This document shows positions 50,672 through 58,907 of a stretch of 64,000 nucleotides of DNA, piece by piece; position 1 is the stretch's first letter, and every line of letters begins with the position of its first letter. The notes below the pieces were generated by a model, which made no database searches, had not been told where the DNA came from, and worked only from the letters and a program-made list of their open reading frames with translations. The stretch comes from a phage: the NCBI GenBank assembly GCA_024683775.1, contig GCA_024683775.1_4106.1. One strand, given 5' to 3'. The translations under genes were made by a program, and so were the position numbers.

Positions 50672-50676
50672 ATTAT

Positions 50677-50707
50677 AGGAATCCGTAAAAGGATTCCTGT
50701 TCTTGTT
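50677..50707 (+). terminator. intrinsic terminator
   Basis: AGGAATCC-GTAAAA-GGATTCCT hairpin followed by a T-rich tract. Confidence 0.6.
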
Positions 50708-50721
50708 TATAAGGTAATAAA

Positions 50722-50946
50722 ATGAAATATCTAGTACTAGTACTGCTATTCTTGAGTACTGTTGTATGTGCTAAACCAAAGTATCATGTAGTGTGTATCA
50801 ACGAGATGGAAGGGTATACTGAAACATATAAGAACCATATTGTTGAAGTTGCAGCCCAAGGTTCCTATGGGACCATCATCTTCCTTAAGAACAATGTGAT
50901 TGTTCAGTACAAAAAAGATTCAAATTGTAAAGTGACTAAAAATTGA
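50722..50946 (+). CDS. secreted Cys-bracketed small protein family member
   Basis: Signal peptide 'MKYLVLVLLFLSTVVCA'. Contains 'VVCINE' and 'SNCKVTKN'. Confidence 0.5.
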   Translation: MKYLVLVLLFLSTVVCAKPKYHVVCINEMEGYTETYKNHIVEVAAQGSYGTIIFLKNNVIVQYKKDSNCKVTKN

Positions 50947-51016
50947 TCTAGATCAATTTTTCAGATATTCTCTGTAAATAATAGCAGTACAGAACATTAT
51001 TTTACGGAGGTGTAAT

Positions 51017-51253
51017 ATGGAAACTATAATCATCATATGTGCGTTGTTTGCATTTTTGGTAATGTGGTCACCAACATTCATTGCATATAAAATGAAAAAT
51101 AAAAATGCAGAAGCAATTATGTACGTAAACTTATGTTGCATACTAACTTATGGAATACTTTTATTCTTTACTGAATTTACATTAATCCCAGTAGTAGTTT
51201 GTTCATCAATGTTTATTTGGTTGTTTCTGCTTTATGAATCTATTAAAAAATAA
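51017..51253 (+). CDS. small membrane protein (2-3 TM)
   Basis: Hydrophobic helices. Confidence 0.55.
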   Translation: METIIIICALFAFLVMWSPTFIAYKMKNKNAEAIMYVNLCCILTYGILLFFTEFTLIPVVVCSSMFIWLFLLYESIKK

Positions 51254-51307
51254 AAGATATAGGGTTGGTAATATGCCATCCCTTTTACTTTATGTGGGGT
51301 TTAATTA

Positions 51308-51880
51308 ATGAATAGAAAAGGTAAGTTTAAAGTATCAAAGAAGAACAAAAGTTCTAGATTTAGACCTATAACTTTAACTTTTAAGGCTAAAGAAGAATTA
51401 ACTGCACTTAGTAAAAAGATAATTTCATCTAAGATTAAAGTATCATACGTAAATTCGGTAAAATTTCAGAAGGTTAAACCACAAGACAAACTCATTTCAC
51501 TTATATTTAAACGTAATGATTTTGAGATATTAGTAGATGATTATAGAGCCTATAATGCTGGATTCATTCATGTCACTTGTAATACCGAACTAACTGAGTT
51601 GGAACATTTGACATGTATCATAAGTGTAGATAACGGTGTGGTGAAGTACAATTTTTTACATTTTACCAATATCAATAATGGAATGGGTGTACAATCCAGA
51701 CCTATAGTACCTACATGTGATGTAACTAATTTAGCAAAGCTCAATGAAGAAGAATATTTTCAAGAAAGCATTGTAACTGAGCATTTAGATGCTATAATAG
51801 CAACTTACAAAGAATGCATATGGGTTTTGAATGCGATAAAGCCCAAATTGTGTTTAATGAATGTCGTTCGTGATTTATAA
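51308..51880 (+). CDS. acidic-FQxS motif paralog family protein (longer, basic N-terminus)
   Basis: Motif 'LNEEEYFQESIVTE'. Confidence 0.6.
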   Translation: MNRKGKFKVSKKNKSSRFRPITLTFKAKEELTALSKKIISSKIKVSYVNSVKFQKVKPQDKLISLIFKRNDFEILVDDYRAYNAGFIHVTCNTELTELEHLTCIISVDNGVVKYNFLHFTNINNGMGVQSRPIVPTCDVTNLAKLNEEEYFQESIVTEHLDAIIATYKECIWVLNAIKPKLCLMNVVRDL

Positions 51881-51893
51881 CTGGAGATGAAGT

Positions 51894-52337
51894 ATGGGTT
51901 GGATTAACGTTAATAGCATTGAGCTAAATGAGCAAGACATATTTGCCTTTGTTAATTTGGTAGAGAACATTGCTATTAAAGGTCGTCTGTTTAGTTCATC
52001 GGACGGTAAAAAATGGATCTCTCTTATGAACGACAATGGCGAGATTTATGACGTTATGCAACTACCTCATTGGGCTTATAAGAATACATCTGATGATGTG
52101 ATGGCTGCTGTTATGCGTGAGTTTGAGAAGCTGCCAGGTGGTGATATTAAGAACATCGTATTCAATGCAGAACGCATGAACTACACACCAGAGCAGCTTC
52201 AACAGTTGGCAATTGCTGCCTATCAAGCTGCCATTAAGAAACCTGAATGTGTGATATTAAAGTACACACCGAACTTGAAGTTAACACTAGAAGATATGGA
52301 TTCCTTTATCTTCAGTTCAGAACTTAAACAGTACTGA
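51894..52337 (+). CDS. hypothetical protein
   Basis: 147 aa ORF with a GGAG RBS. Confidence 0.55.
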   Translation: MGWINVNSIELNEQDIFAFVNLVENIAIKGRLFSSSDGKKWISLMNDNGEIYDVMQLPHWAYKNTSDDVMAAVMREFEKLPGGDIKNIVFNAERMNYTPEQLQQLAIAAYQAAIKKPECVILKYTPNLKLTLEDMDSFIFSSELKQY

Positions 52338-52408
52338 TTTGACTTTGGAACAACCATTTCATATGTGATATAATCTTAAGTGTCTGTTGAAATAAACAGC
52401 ACATGAAG

Positions 52409-52416
52409 TATAAATA
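52409..52416 (+). promoter_or_regulatory. exact T4-type late promoter consensus TATAAATA
   Basis: TATAAATA lies 33 nt upstream of the ATG at 52449, downstream of a sigma70-like promoter (TATAAT at 52369-52374). Confidence 0.3.
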
Positions 52417-52448
52417 TTAAAGTAATTTATCTCTTTAAGGAGTATGAA

Positions 52449-52832
52449 ATGGTTGATAAATGGAATAAGAAAGATCCATCGCATGATGTGGATATTTCTG
52501 GAATTGATAATGCACATAAGCATAAGTATCTTGATTCACTAGGTCTACTAAAGCCTGACCAAAGTCTTGCACATGATCGTCCTTCACGTGAAAAAGCTTT
52601 CAGTCTAGAATCACTAGGCCATGAATTGAATCGTGTATTTGAAGATCATCCAATTTATGTACGTGATATCATTGAGAAACTTAAAGTGACTCCTAAAGAG
52701 CACTTCAAGGCAACAGTACACGCAGCATTCCGTGCACTACATGAAGCACTAAAGAAAACTCATAACCTTCGCAAGATTCATGATGACATCGTGAACTCTA
52801 TTGAAGGCGAAAAACATAAGTTTAAAAAATAA
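52449..52832 (+). CDS. hypothetical protein sharing the 'Y..SLGLL' motif with 54195..55688
   Basis: 'KHKYLDSLGLLKPDQ' compares with 'LRYVNSLGLLNATQ'. Both also share a '...KALQAVPKEE / KLKVTPKEH' segment. Confidence 0.55.
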   Translation: MVDKWNKKDPSHDVDISGIDNAHKHKYLDSLGLLKPDQSLAHDRPSREKAFSLESLGHELNRVFEDHPIYVRDIIEKLKVTPKEHFKATVHAAFRALHEALKKTHNLRKIHDDIVNSIEGEKHKFKK

Positions 52833-52838
52833 TTAAAA

Positions 52839-52872
52839 GGGGTTGACTTCAGTCAGCCCTTTGTCGTATAAT
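52839..52872 (+). promoter_or_regulatory. terminator/promoter cassette copy 3
   Basis: GGGGTTGAC-TTCA-GTCAGCCC hairpin. TTGACT at 52843-52848, 18 bp spacer, TATAAT at 52867-52872. Confidence 0.65.
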
Positions 52873-52919
52873 ATTTTCATCAAGTGATACAAAATACAAA
52901 CAACGTGAGGTATTAAATT

Positions 52920-53033
52920 ATGCAAGGTACTAAATTCATCATCGCTGCCCTAATCGCTGCTGTTGTAGTGGGTACAGTATGTTATTCAATTGACACCTAT
53001 ATCAATACACCTAGTGTTGAACAAACCAAATAA
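52920..53033 (+). CDS. 37-aa membrane peptide (not in ORF track)
   Basis: MQGTKFIIAALIAAVVVGTVCYSIDTYINTPSVEQTK, after a GAGG RBS. Confidence 0.35.
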   Translation: MQGTKFIIAALIAAVVVGTVCYSIDTYINTPSVEQTK

Positions 53034-53041
53034 GGGATATC

Positions 53042-53299
53042 ATGGCTGAAACATTATCACTATATGCGTTAGTACTGTTATTTGTCGGATTTCTTCCCGC
53101 ACTCATTACAGCCATTCGTGTTGTTAAACATGAAGCTGCATTGATTGTATGTAGTATTGGGTCGAACATTCTATTGTATTTCTTTTTGACAAATACTATT
53201 GTACTGTTTGCTTTCTTTATCATGATTCTGTGGGTACTTGTAATTCTCGGATTCTTCATTTGGTCATTGGTTGATCCTAAGAAAAAACAGGAGAAGTGA
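53042..53299 (+). CDS. small membrane protein (3 TM)
   Basis: Hydrophobic helices. Confidence 0.55.
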   Translation: MAETLSLYALVLLFVGFLPALITAIRVVKHEAALIVCSIGSNILLYFFLTNTIVLFAFFIMILWVLVILGFFIWSLVDPKKKQEK

Positions 53300-53300
53300 A

Positions 53301-53597
53301 ATGAAATTAATTATTGTAATGATGATGTGTTTGGCTTTCCCAGTACTGGCTACTCCTAATCTGGACTGCACACTGTTGCGTTCAGATGGTGACACACTTG
53401 AAATCAACACATATGAACTCTTTGGTCCAAGTGTAGTGGAGAATGAAACCACCTACAATTTCAAAGCTATTGACTTTGAAGGTAATGTTCCAGTACTAAC
53501 TACAATGACTATTGACAAAACTACTTTACTCGGACGAATCACCACACAACGCGGAGAAAGTAAAACATTCACAGCGAAAGCTGACTGTAACTACTAA
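53301..53597 (+). CDS. secreted Cys-bracketed small protein family member
   Basis: Signal peptide 'MKLIIVMMMCLAFPVLA'. Contains 'LDCTLL', 'TTYNF' and 'ADCNY'. Confidence 0.55.
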   Translation: MKLIIVMMMCLAFPVLATPNLDCTLLRSDGDTLEINTYELFGPSVVENETTYNFKAIDFEGNVPVLTTMTIDKTTLLGRITTQRGESKTFTAKADCNY

Positions 53598-53617
53598 TGG
53601 TATAGTACAGTGAAAAT

Positions 53618-53649
53618 AGGGTTGACTTCGGTCAACCTTTATATATAAT
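53618..53649 (+). promoter_or_regulatory. terminator/promoter cassette copy 4
   Basis: AGGGTTGAC-TTCG-GTCAACCTTT hairpin. TTGACT at 53622-53627, 16 bp spacer, TATAAT at 53644-53649. Confidence 0.65.
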
Positions 53650-53662
53650 GGAAGAAATAAAC

Positions 53663-54190
53663 ATGGAACGTTGGAAATTAATTCCTGATTATGACTATTC
53701 AATTTCTGATCATGGAAGAGTAAGAAACGAACAAACTGGATATATAAGTTGTGGATTTAAAAATAAAGATGGGTATGTGAAGGTCGATTTGTATCGCAAT
53801 TCTGTGAAAAATAGAAAGGCGATTCATCGACTAGTAGCTGAAGCATTTTTACCACCACCCACACAGAAACAGTTACAGTGGGCAAGTAGAACAAAGAAAA
53901 AAGTTGTTCACATAAACCATAAAGATTGTAATAGAAGTAACAATCACTATTTGAATTTGGAATGGAACACAGCATCTGAAAACGTACTATATTCTTATTC
54001 ACATGGTAACGCAACAACTAATCGTGGTGCTGCTGTGTTGACATGGGAAATTGTAAGAGAAATAAGAAAAGATTATAATGATAATTATAATGATGTGATA
54101 GAATATGCACGAGAAAATTGTAATAAATACCGTGTATGTAAAAAAACAATACGTCGTATTTTATACAATCAAACATGGATAGAGGATTAA
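53663..54190 (+). CDS. HNH-type homing endonuclease (NUMOD4-like plus HNH_3-like)
   Basis: 'MERWKLIPDYDYSISDHGRVRN', 'IHRLVAEAFLPPP' and 'INHKDCNRSNNHYLNLEW'. The track start at 53648 overlaps the -10 element. Confidence 0.7.
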   Translation: MERWKLIPDYDYSISDHGRVRNEQTGYISCGFKNKDGYVKVDLYRNSVKNRKAIHRLVAEAFLPPPTQKQLQWASRTKKKVVHINHKDCNRSNNHYLNLEWNTASENVLYSYSHGNATTNRGAAVLTWEIVREIRKDYNDNYNDVIEYARENCNKYRVCKKTIRRILYNQTWIED

Positions 54191-54194
54191 AAAT

Positions 54195-55688
54195 ATGCCA
54201 CAAGATAATGGGGATATGAAACATCGTAATGGTGGACTAGTACAACACTCGGATAAATGGGCCGACCGAAATCGTCGCAAAAATAGTTATCAAGCAGGAC
54301 AAGGTTCACGTGGTTCACGTAATCAAGGGACAGGTTTAGCTGGTAAGGCAAACGCAGAAGCAGGTGAAGTTAAGAGTACTGAGAACATGACTGAGCTAGA
54401 AAAGCTACGTTATGTTAACTCATTAGGTCTTCTTAACGCAACACAGAAACAACGCCTTGCTGATATGGAACGTGCTGAGAAAGAACAAGCAGTTCCTAAA
54501 GAAGAACCAAAACCAGAAGCTCCTAAAGCAGCTAACCCTGTTAAAGAGTTATCTGATAACTTAGGTAAGATCTTTGCTAACAAACCACAGTTGATTCAGG
54601 GTATTGTCAAAGCACTACAGGCAGTTCCTAAAGAAGAACTCAAAGGTAAAGCACAAGCTGTACTTGATGCAATGAAAGGTAATAAGAGCACTGAACCCAC
54701 TGAAGTATTCAGTACTATCATGCGTGCACTTGAAGGTACACACAAAGAAGATTCGAAAGAACCTGAACAGGGTGAAGCAAGTCTTGATGGTATTCTTAAA
54801 ACTTTTGATAGTATTGGTAAAGCAGACCGTGCTAATGCCCAGCAAGTCAAGAATGTACTGGCTAAACTTGAAAACCGTTTAGAAGGTAAAGACGATAAGG
54901 TTAAGCTCGTATCAGATGCAGTTAACAGTGCACTTAAATCTTATGTACAAGGTGAGAAAAGTCGCTTCGTAACAGCTATGGATGCTGCATTCAACACTAT
55001 GAAAAAGTATGAAGCAGAACATGGTGAGAAAGTGACACCTGATGGATATCTACTACGTAAAGATGAAGAAGGTGCAGTTGAACAGAAAGATGTTGAGCCT
55101 GAGCAAGAAGATCTACCTGATACCGTTGATATGGATGGATACATTCATCGTCCTGAGATGGAAGAGTTTGGGTCAGATAAAGAAGGTTTTGAACATGCAA
55201 TGGCAGTATATAAAGCATTAGTTAAAAATCCAGATTATGCTAACCGTTTTGTTGACGAGTTTGATAGTGCATGGAATAACTACAAAGACAAAGGTTATGA
55301 CTTCCCTGCTGAAGCTGCATTCTTTGAACTTGGTAAACTATTAGCTAAACATGGAATTGACGTTGGTTCATCTGATTCTGACGGTATGGAAGAAGAACAT
55401 CTTGAAATGACTGATAAATCAATTCATGAACTTCAAAAGTTAATGATGTGGATATCCGAGATTGGTAAAAAAGCAGGTGCTGATAGTAAAAGTATCAACA
55501 AAAATATTAGTTGGATTAAAGATAATGTTGGTAACAATGCTCGTAAACTTCAAAAGGCTTGGGCTGATTTAGTAAATGGTGCAGATGATGTTGACATTGA
55601 ATCACCAGAAGCATATGAGTATGCACTAACTACACTTGATAACTCATTCAAAGAGTACGACCGTGGTGTTGGAAAGGATAAAAAATAA
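54195..55688 (+). CDS. large acidic hypothetical protein
   Basis: 497 aa. Gly/Arg/Asn/Gln-rich N-terminus followed by a long Glu/Lys/Asp-rich helical region. Confidence 0.6.
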   Translation: MPQDNGDMKHRNGGLVQHSDKWADRNRRKNSYQAGQGSRGSRNQGTGLAGKANAEAGEVKSTENMTELEKLRYVNSLGLLNATQKQRLADMERAEKEQAVPKEEPKPEAPKAANPVKELSDNLGKIFANKPQLIQGIVKALQAVPKEELKGKAQAVLDAMKGNKSTEPTEVFSTIMRALEGTHKEDSKEPEQGEASLDGILKTFDSIGKADRANAQQVKNVLAKLENRLEGKDDKVKLVSDAVNSALKSYVQGEKSRFVTAMDAAFNTMKKYEAEHGEKVTPDGYLLRKDEEGAVEQKDVEPEQEDLPDTVDMDGYIHRPEMEEFGSDKEGFEHAMAVYKALVKNPDYANRFVDEFDSAWNNYKDKGYDFPAEAAFFELGKLLAKHGIDVGSSDSDGMEEEHLEMTDKSIHELQKLMMWISEIGKKAGADSKSINKNISWIKDNVGNNARKLQKAWADLVNGADDVDIESPEAYEYALTTLDNSFKEYDRGVGKDKK

Positions 55689-55694
55689 ACATTT

Positions 55695-55730
55695 AAAAGG
55701 TTGACTTCGGTCAACCTTTTTTTGTAAATA
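55695..55730 (+). promoter_or_regulatory. terminator/promoter cassette copy 5 (degenerate -10)
   Basis: AAAAGGTTGAC-TTCG-GTCAACCTTTT hairpin. TTGACT at 55701-55706 and TAAATA at 55725-55730. Confidence 0.55.
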
Positions 55731-55759
55731 TTGTAGAGGGTTTTATAAGAGGTAATGCA

Positions 55760-56011
55760 ATGTTTAAATATGTTTTATTTTCACTTGTATTGTTTACTGA
55801 TATAGTTTATAGTACTGAATACCAGTGCTCTATTGCTAGACAGGAGTTTAGAAACGGTGAGTTCTATACCAAGTCTTACACTAGAGGATTGGTACATGAC
55901 AATAATAAAACTATAGGGTTCAATGCATTTGATAACAAAGATCGATATACGTCTGGAATACTATCTGAACGTAAGTCGGATGTAATAGGTATCGAGCATG
56001 AATTCCGGTGA
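55760..56011 (+). CDS. small secreted protein
   Basis: Signal peptide 'MFKYVLFSLVLFTDIVYS'. Confidence 0.5.
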   Translation: MFKYVLFSLVLFTDIVYSTEYQCSIARQEFRNGEFYTKSYTRGLVHDNNKTIGFNAFDNKDRYTSGILSERKSDVIGIEHEFR

Positions 56012-56372
56012 CACAGTTGCAATGTGTAATGATATTGAGAGTACTAAGAAAGTATATACTAATGGTGAAAATACCTTTAGATTCCACAATCTTACTACCA
56101 ATGAAAGTTTATACTTCTACAACTGTAAAGAGTTCATTAAACCTGTGGATAACTCATGTGATATGCCGGAGCCAAAAGCTGCTGTATGTGAGGAACCACA
56201 ATCCAAAGCTGACAAAGATTCAAAAGATAAGAAAGACAAAGCTGACAAATTGGATAAAAAAGAAAACAAAAAGAAAGCTAAAGATGATAAAGATAAAAAG
56301 TCCCCTAAGCCAAATCCATTTGAAAAGCCAAAGAATGAAAAGCCAAAACCAGACATGACATGTAAAATATAA
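55998..56372 (+). CDS. protein with a Cys-bracketed domain and a Lys/Asp-rich low-complexity tail
   Basis: 'AMCNDIE...TFRFHN...YNCKEF' followed by 'KADKDSKDKKDKADKLDKKENKKKAKDDKDKK'. Overlaps the upstream ORF by 14 nt. Confidence 0.5.
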   Translation: MNSGDTVAMCNDIESTKKVYTNGENTFRFHNLTTNESLYFYNCKEFIKPVDNSCDMPEPKAAVCEEPQSKADKDSKDKKDKADKLDKKENKKKAKDDKDKKSPKPNPFEKPKNEKPKPDMTCKI

Positions 56373-56379
56373 AAGAAAA

Positions 56380-56412
56380 GGGTTGACTTCGGTCGGCCCT
56401 TTTTGCTATAAT
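56380..56412 (+). promoter_or_regulatory. terminator/promoter cassette copy 6
   Basis: GGGTTGAC-TTCG-GTCGGCCC hairpin plus T-run. TTGACT at 56383-56388, 18 bp spacer, TATAAT at 56407-56412. Leader CATTTCATCAACTACTGGAGG. Confidence 0.7.
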
Positions 56413-56438
56413 CATTTCATCAACTACTGGAGGCAAAC

Positions 56439-56852
56439 ATGTTAAAAGTTATTTTCCGTTCTATCAGTTCATTACTTCTTATGATTAGTTCAGTTTCTTA
56501 TGCAAATGAAGTATCTGACTTGTTTGAGAAGAATTACCCAACTGCACAAGAGATGGGTGTTTTAAAATGCAAGCTAACTTCGTACAACATCATCGGCAGT
56601 AAACTTGTACTGGAACATGAACGTAGTACACCAATCCCTCTAGTAGAAGAAGGCAGTACCTTTAGCTTCAAGTACGGGGTGAACGTAACATCTGGTGTAA
56701 TGAACAATGTTGATGCAGAGACTGGTTCAACATGGAGTACTAGCGGTAAAGATGTGTTTCATCGTATGCGTGAAAATGGTAAACTGAAGTACGTATATGA
56801 AAGTTCATTCATGAAACGTGTATTCATTATAAAAAATTGTGTACCAGCATAA
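56439..56852 (+). CDS. secreted Cys-bracketed protein family member
   Basis: Signal peptide '...LLLMISSVSYA'. Contains 'LKCKLTS', 'STFSFKY' and 'KNCVPA'. Confidence 0.55.
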   Translation: MLKVIFRSISSLLLMISSVSYANEVSDLFEKNYPTAQEMGVLKCKLTSYNIIGSKLVLEHERSTPIPLVEEGSTFSFKYGVNVTSGVMNNVDAETGSTWSTSGKDVFHRMRENGKLKYVYESSFMKRVFIIKNCVPA

Positions 56853-56863
56853 GGAACAACATC

Positions 56864-57139
56864 ATGCGTTCATTTGAAAACTTAATCGGTAAACTTCGCT
56901 TACAAGAAATTGAAGATGATGTGAAGGAATTATCTGAAACTAAGAGTTACATTCATTTAGATGAACTGTTTATTAAGTACGGTGAGATTGGTTTTAAGTC
57001 ATTATTTGTTTTTGTCATGAAGGTGCATAGTTTAAAGTACTTTGATTTGAGTTCAAAAGACGGACAACCAAATCTGTATTACATGTATTATCTTAAGAAC
57101 ATAGACGAAGCTAATACATTATTCTTAGAATATATGTAG
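56864..57139 (+). CDS. hypothetical protein
   Basis: ATG at 56864 within track ORF 56837..57139. Confidence 0.5.
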   Translation: MRSFENLIGKLRLQEIEDDVKELSETKSYIHLDELFIKYGEIGFKSLFVFVMKVHSLKYFDLSSKDGQPNLYYMYYLKNIDEANTLFLEYM

Positions 57140-57148
57140 GGGGTAAAA

Positions 57149-57487
57149 ATGGAACATCATTTTGAATTAATTAATAAGGTATCATTTTATGTAGTATCGT
57201 TAATTTGGGTGTATTACATGTTTTGTTACATTATTGCATTCTTCCGATACACAACCTTGTATCAACGCATATACTACGATGCACCCATTTCATTTATGAT
57301 GTTCTGTGCATGTACGTGGGGGATAATTGAAGCACTGGTATGTGGATATAGTACTGACGAATTAAATCTCGTATCGGGGTTGACATTACTAACAATTGCC
57401 ATTATGATAGCTACTGTTCCGATATTTTTGCTCTTTAAACTGCTTCATCGTATTGATGAGTGGCGTAATAAAATCCCTGAAAAGTAA
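57149..57487 (+). CDS. small 3-4 TM membrane protein family, array 1 copy 1
   Basis: Hydrophobic helices and a conserved basic C-terminus, 'RIDEWRNKIPEK'. Confidence 0.6.
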   Translation: MEHHFELINKVSFYVVSLIWVYYMFCYIIAFFRYTTLYQRIYYDAPISFMMFCACTWGIIEALVCGYSTDELNLVSGLTLLTIAIMIATVPIFLLFKLLHRIDEWRNKIPEK

Positions 57488-57496
57488 GGATTGATA

Positions 57497-57838
57497 ATGA
57501 TTTTTTACACTAATGCGTTTGCTTATGCCGTTGCATCAATCTACATTGTGTACTTCTTATTTGGTGGAGTACTGTACTTCTTTAAGTACAAAACATTGTT
57601 TAACCGAATGTATCCAAATCATCCAATTGTAGTAGTACTTTTGATTATTTCTGTTGCTCACATCATTGTAGAAACAATAATGGGTATCAGTGCAGTACAT
57701 TACAGTCTAGGTACTATTGTAATTATTACTATGATCATCGCATACATTTTAGTAATGGGTTTTGGTTTATTTGGAAATGTAGCAATGAAATTGTATAATC
57801 GAATCAAAACATTACGTGATAATCTACCGGAGCGTTGA
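57497..57838 (+). CDS. small 3-4 TM membrane protein family, array 1 copy 2
   Basis: C-terminus 'RIKTLRDNLPER'. Confidence 0.6.
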   Translation: MIFYTNAFAYAVASIYIVYFLFGGVLYFFKYKTLFNRMYPNHPIVVVLLIISVAHIIVETIMGISAVHYSLGTIVIITMIIAYILVMGFGLFGNVAMKLYNRIKTLRDNLPER

Positions 57839-57839
57839 G

Positions 57840-58184
57840 ATGTATAATTTAAATTTAATATCATATATCATAACAACACTGTTTACTTTCTATGCCTTTG
57901 TTGGTATACTCCTACTGTACTTTAAATTTTATAAACTTTTTGATCGTTTTTATCCGTCATTAGAACATGAATTCTTATTAGTGATGTACATATGTCTAAC
58001 GTTTATGTCTACATTTTTCACTGCATCTGATGGTATCATTGGTATTAAAGCTGAAGAACCAAATGGGAGTACGCTTGTTGCCTTTATTCTGGTAGGATTT
58101 TTCAGTACTTATATTACCTTTATTTCAGGATGTACCGTGATTGATTATCTTGTGAAATTACGAGATAAAATGCCAAATCGATAG
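57840..58184 (+). CDS. small 3-4 TM membrane protein family, array 1 copy 3
   Basis: C-terminus 'LVKLRDKMPNR'. Confidence 0.6.
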   Translation: MYNLNLISYIITTLFTFYAFVGILLLYFKFYKLFDRFYPSLEHEFLLVMYICLTFMSTFFTASDGIIGIKAEEPNGSTLVAFILVGFFSTYITFISGCTVIDYLVKLRDKMPNR

Positions 58185-58193
58185 GGGATTGCT

Positions 58194-58451
58194 ATGTTTG
58201 CATTGCGTAATAAAAATACAAAAGAGATTCTGTGTATCTCAACAGTATGGGATTGTGCAGGAAGTGAAATGATTCTCGAAGAAGGTTCAGGTGATTGTGT
58301 TTATGTTGTTCAGGATCGTCGCGAACTGGAATCATTACTTGACGAATTTAATGCTGGTGGAAATCCTAAAAGTACTCAATTCCCTGAGATCAGGAATCCA
58401 GCACCACCAGGCTCTTATGAAATTCTACAACTGTGGGAGATGGATAAGTAA
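58194..58451 (+). CDS. hypothetical protein (possible paralog of 60313..60600)
   Basis: 'MFALRNKNTKE...VYVVQDRRELESLLDEF' compares with 'MYALYNKEKKQ...YYVLDDVSVLQRLLERS'. Confidence 0.5.
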   Translation: MFALRNKNTKEILCISTVWDCAGSEMILEEGSGDCVYVVQDRRELESLLDEFNAGGNPKSTQFPEIRNPAPPGSYEILQLWEMDK

Positions 58452-58831
58452 TGCGTCAAATGCACAAAGTAACCGAGCTAAACAAGCGTCTGATTAAACA
58501 ATCAATGTTTGAGGATAAAGAGTCTTACTATAACTTCAAACGTGCTGTAGAGGCTGCTATCCACATTCAGAAGCTTAAAGATAGTGGATGTATTATTCTC
58601 GAAAATGGTTCTGACGTTGTTACTGATGACTTCAGTGTAGCGTTTGATGTTTCACCTGATGGTTCGCTATCAATGCCACGCTTAGGGACTGGTGACATGA
58701 CTGTGTGGGTAGGTTTCACTATGGGGAATGTACCAGGCACGGTGTATGTAGATGATGCTGAGTTGAAAGAAAGCTTCAAAAACTTATCGCATCTTGAACC
58801 ACAATACGCACATGAAATGAATTTATTTTGA
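58451..58831 (+). CDS. hypothetical protein
   Basis: 126 aa ORF. TAATG overlap upstream. Confidence 0.55.
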   Translation: MRQMHKVTELNKRLIKQSMFEDKESYYNFKRAVEAAIHIQKLKDSGCIILENGSDVVTDDFSVAFDVSPDGSLSMPRLGTGDMTVWVGFTMGNVPGTVYVDDAELKESFKNLSHLEPQYAHEMNLF

Positions 58832-58832
58832 G

Positions 58833-58860
58833 TTGACAAACTCATTCAGTACTGTATAAT
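58833..58860 (+). promoter_or_regulatory. sigma70-type promoter followed by a leader hairpin
   Basis: TTGACA at 58833-58838 and TATAAT at 58855-58860. Leader hairpin GGGGATGA-ACTTC-TCATCCCC at 58870-58890. Confidence 0.6.
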
Positions 58861-58907
58861 GTTTATCAAGGGGATGAACTTCTCATCCCCACAATCGAGG
58901 AATTGTC

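Noticed and set aside
55990-56015. Programmed ribosomal frameshift joining 55760..56011 and 55998..56372.
   Set aside because: No slippery heptamer or downstream stimulatory structure is evident at the overlap (GAGCATGAATTCCGGTGA). An ordinary overlapping gene pair or a simple frameshift mutation is more parsimonious.
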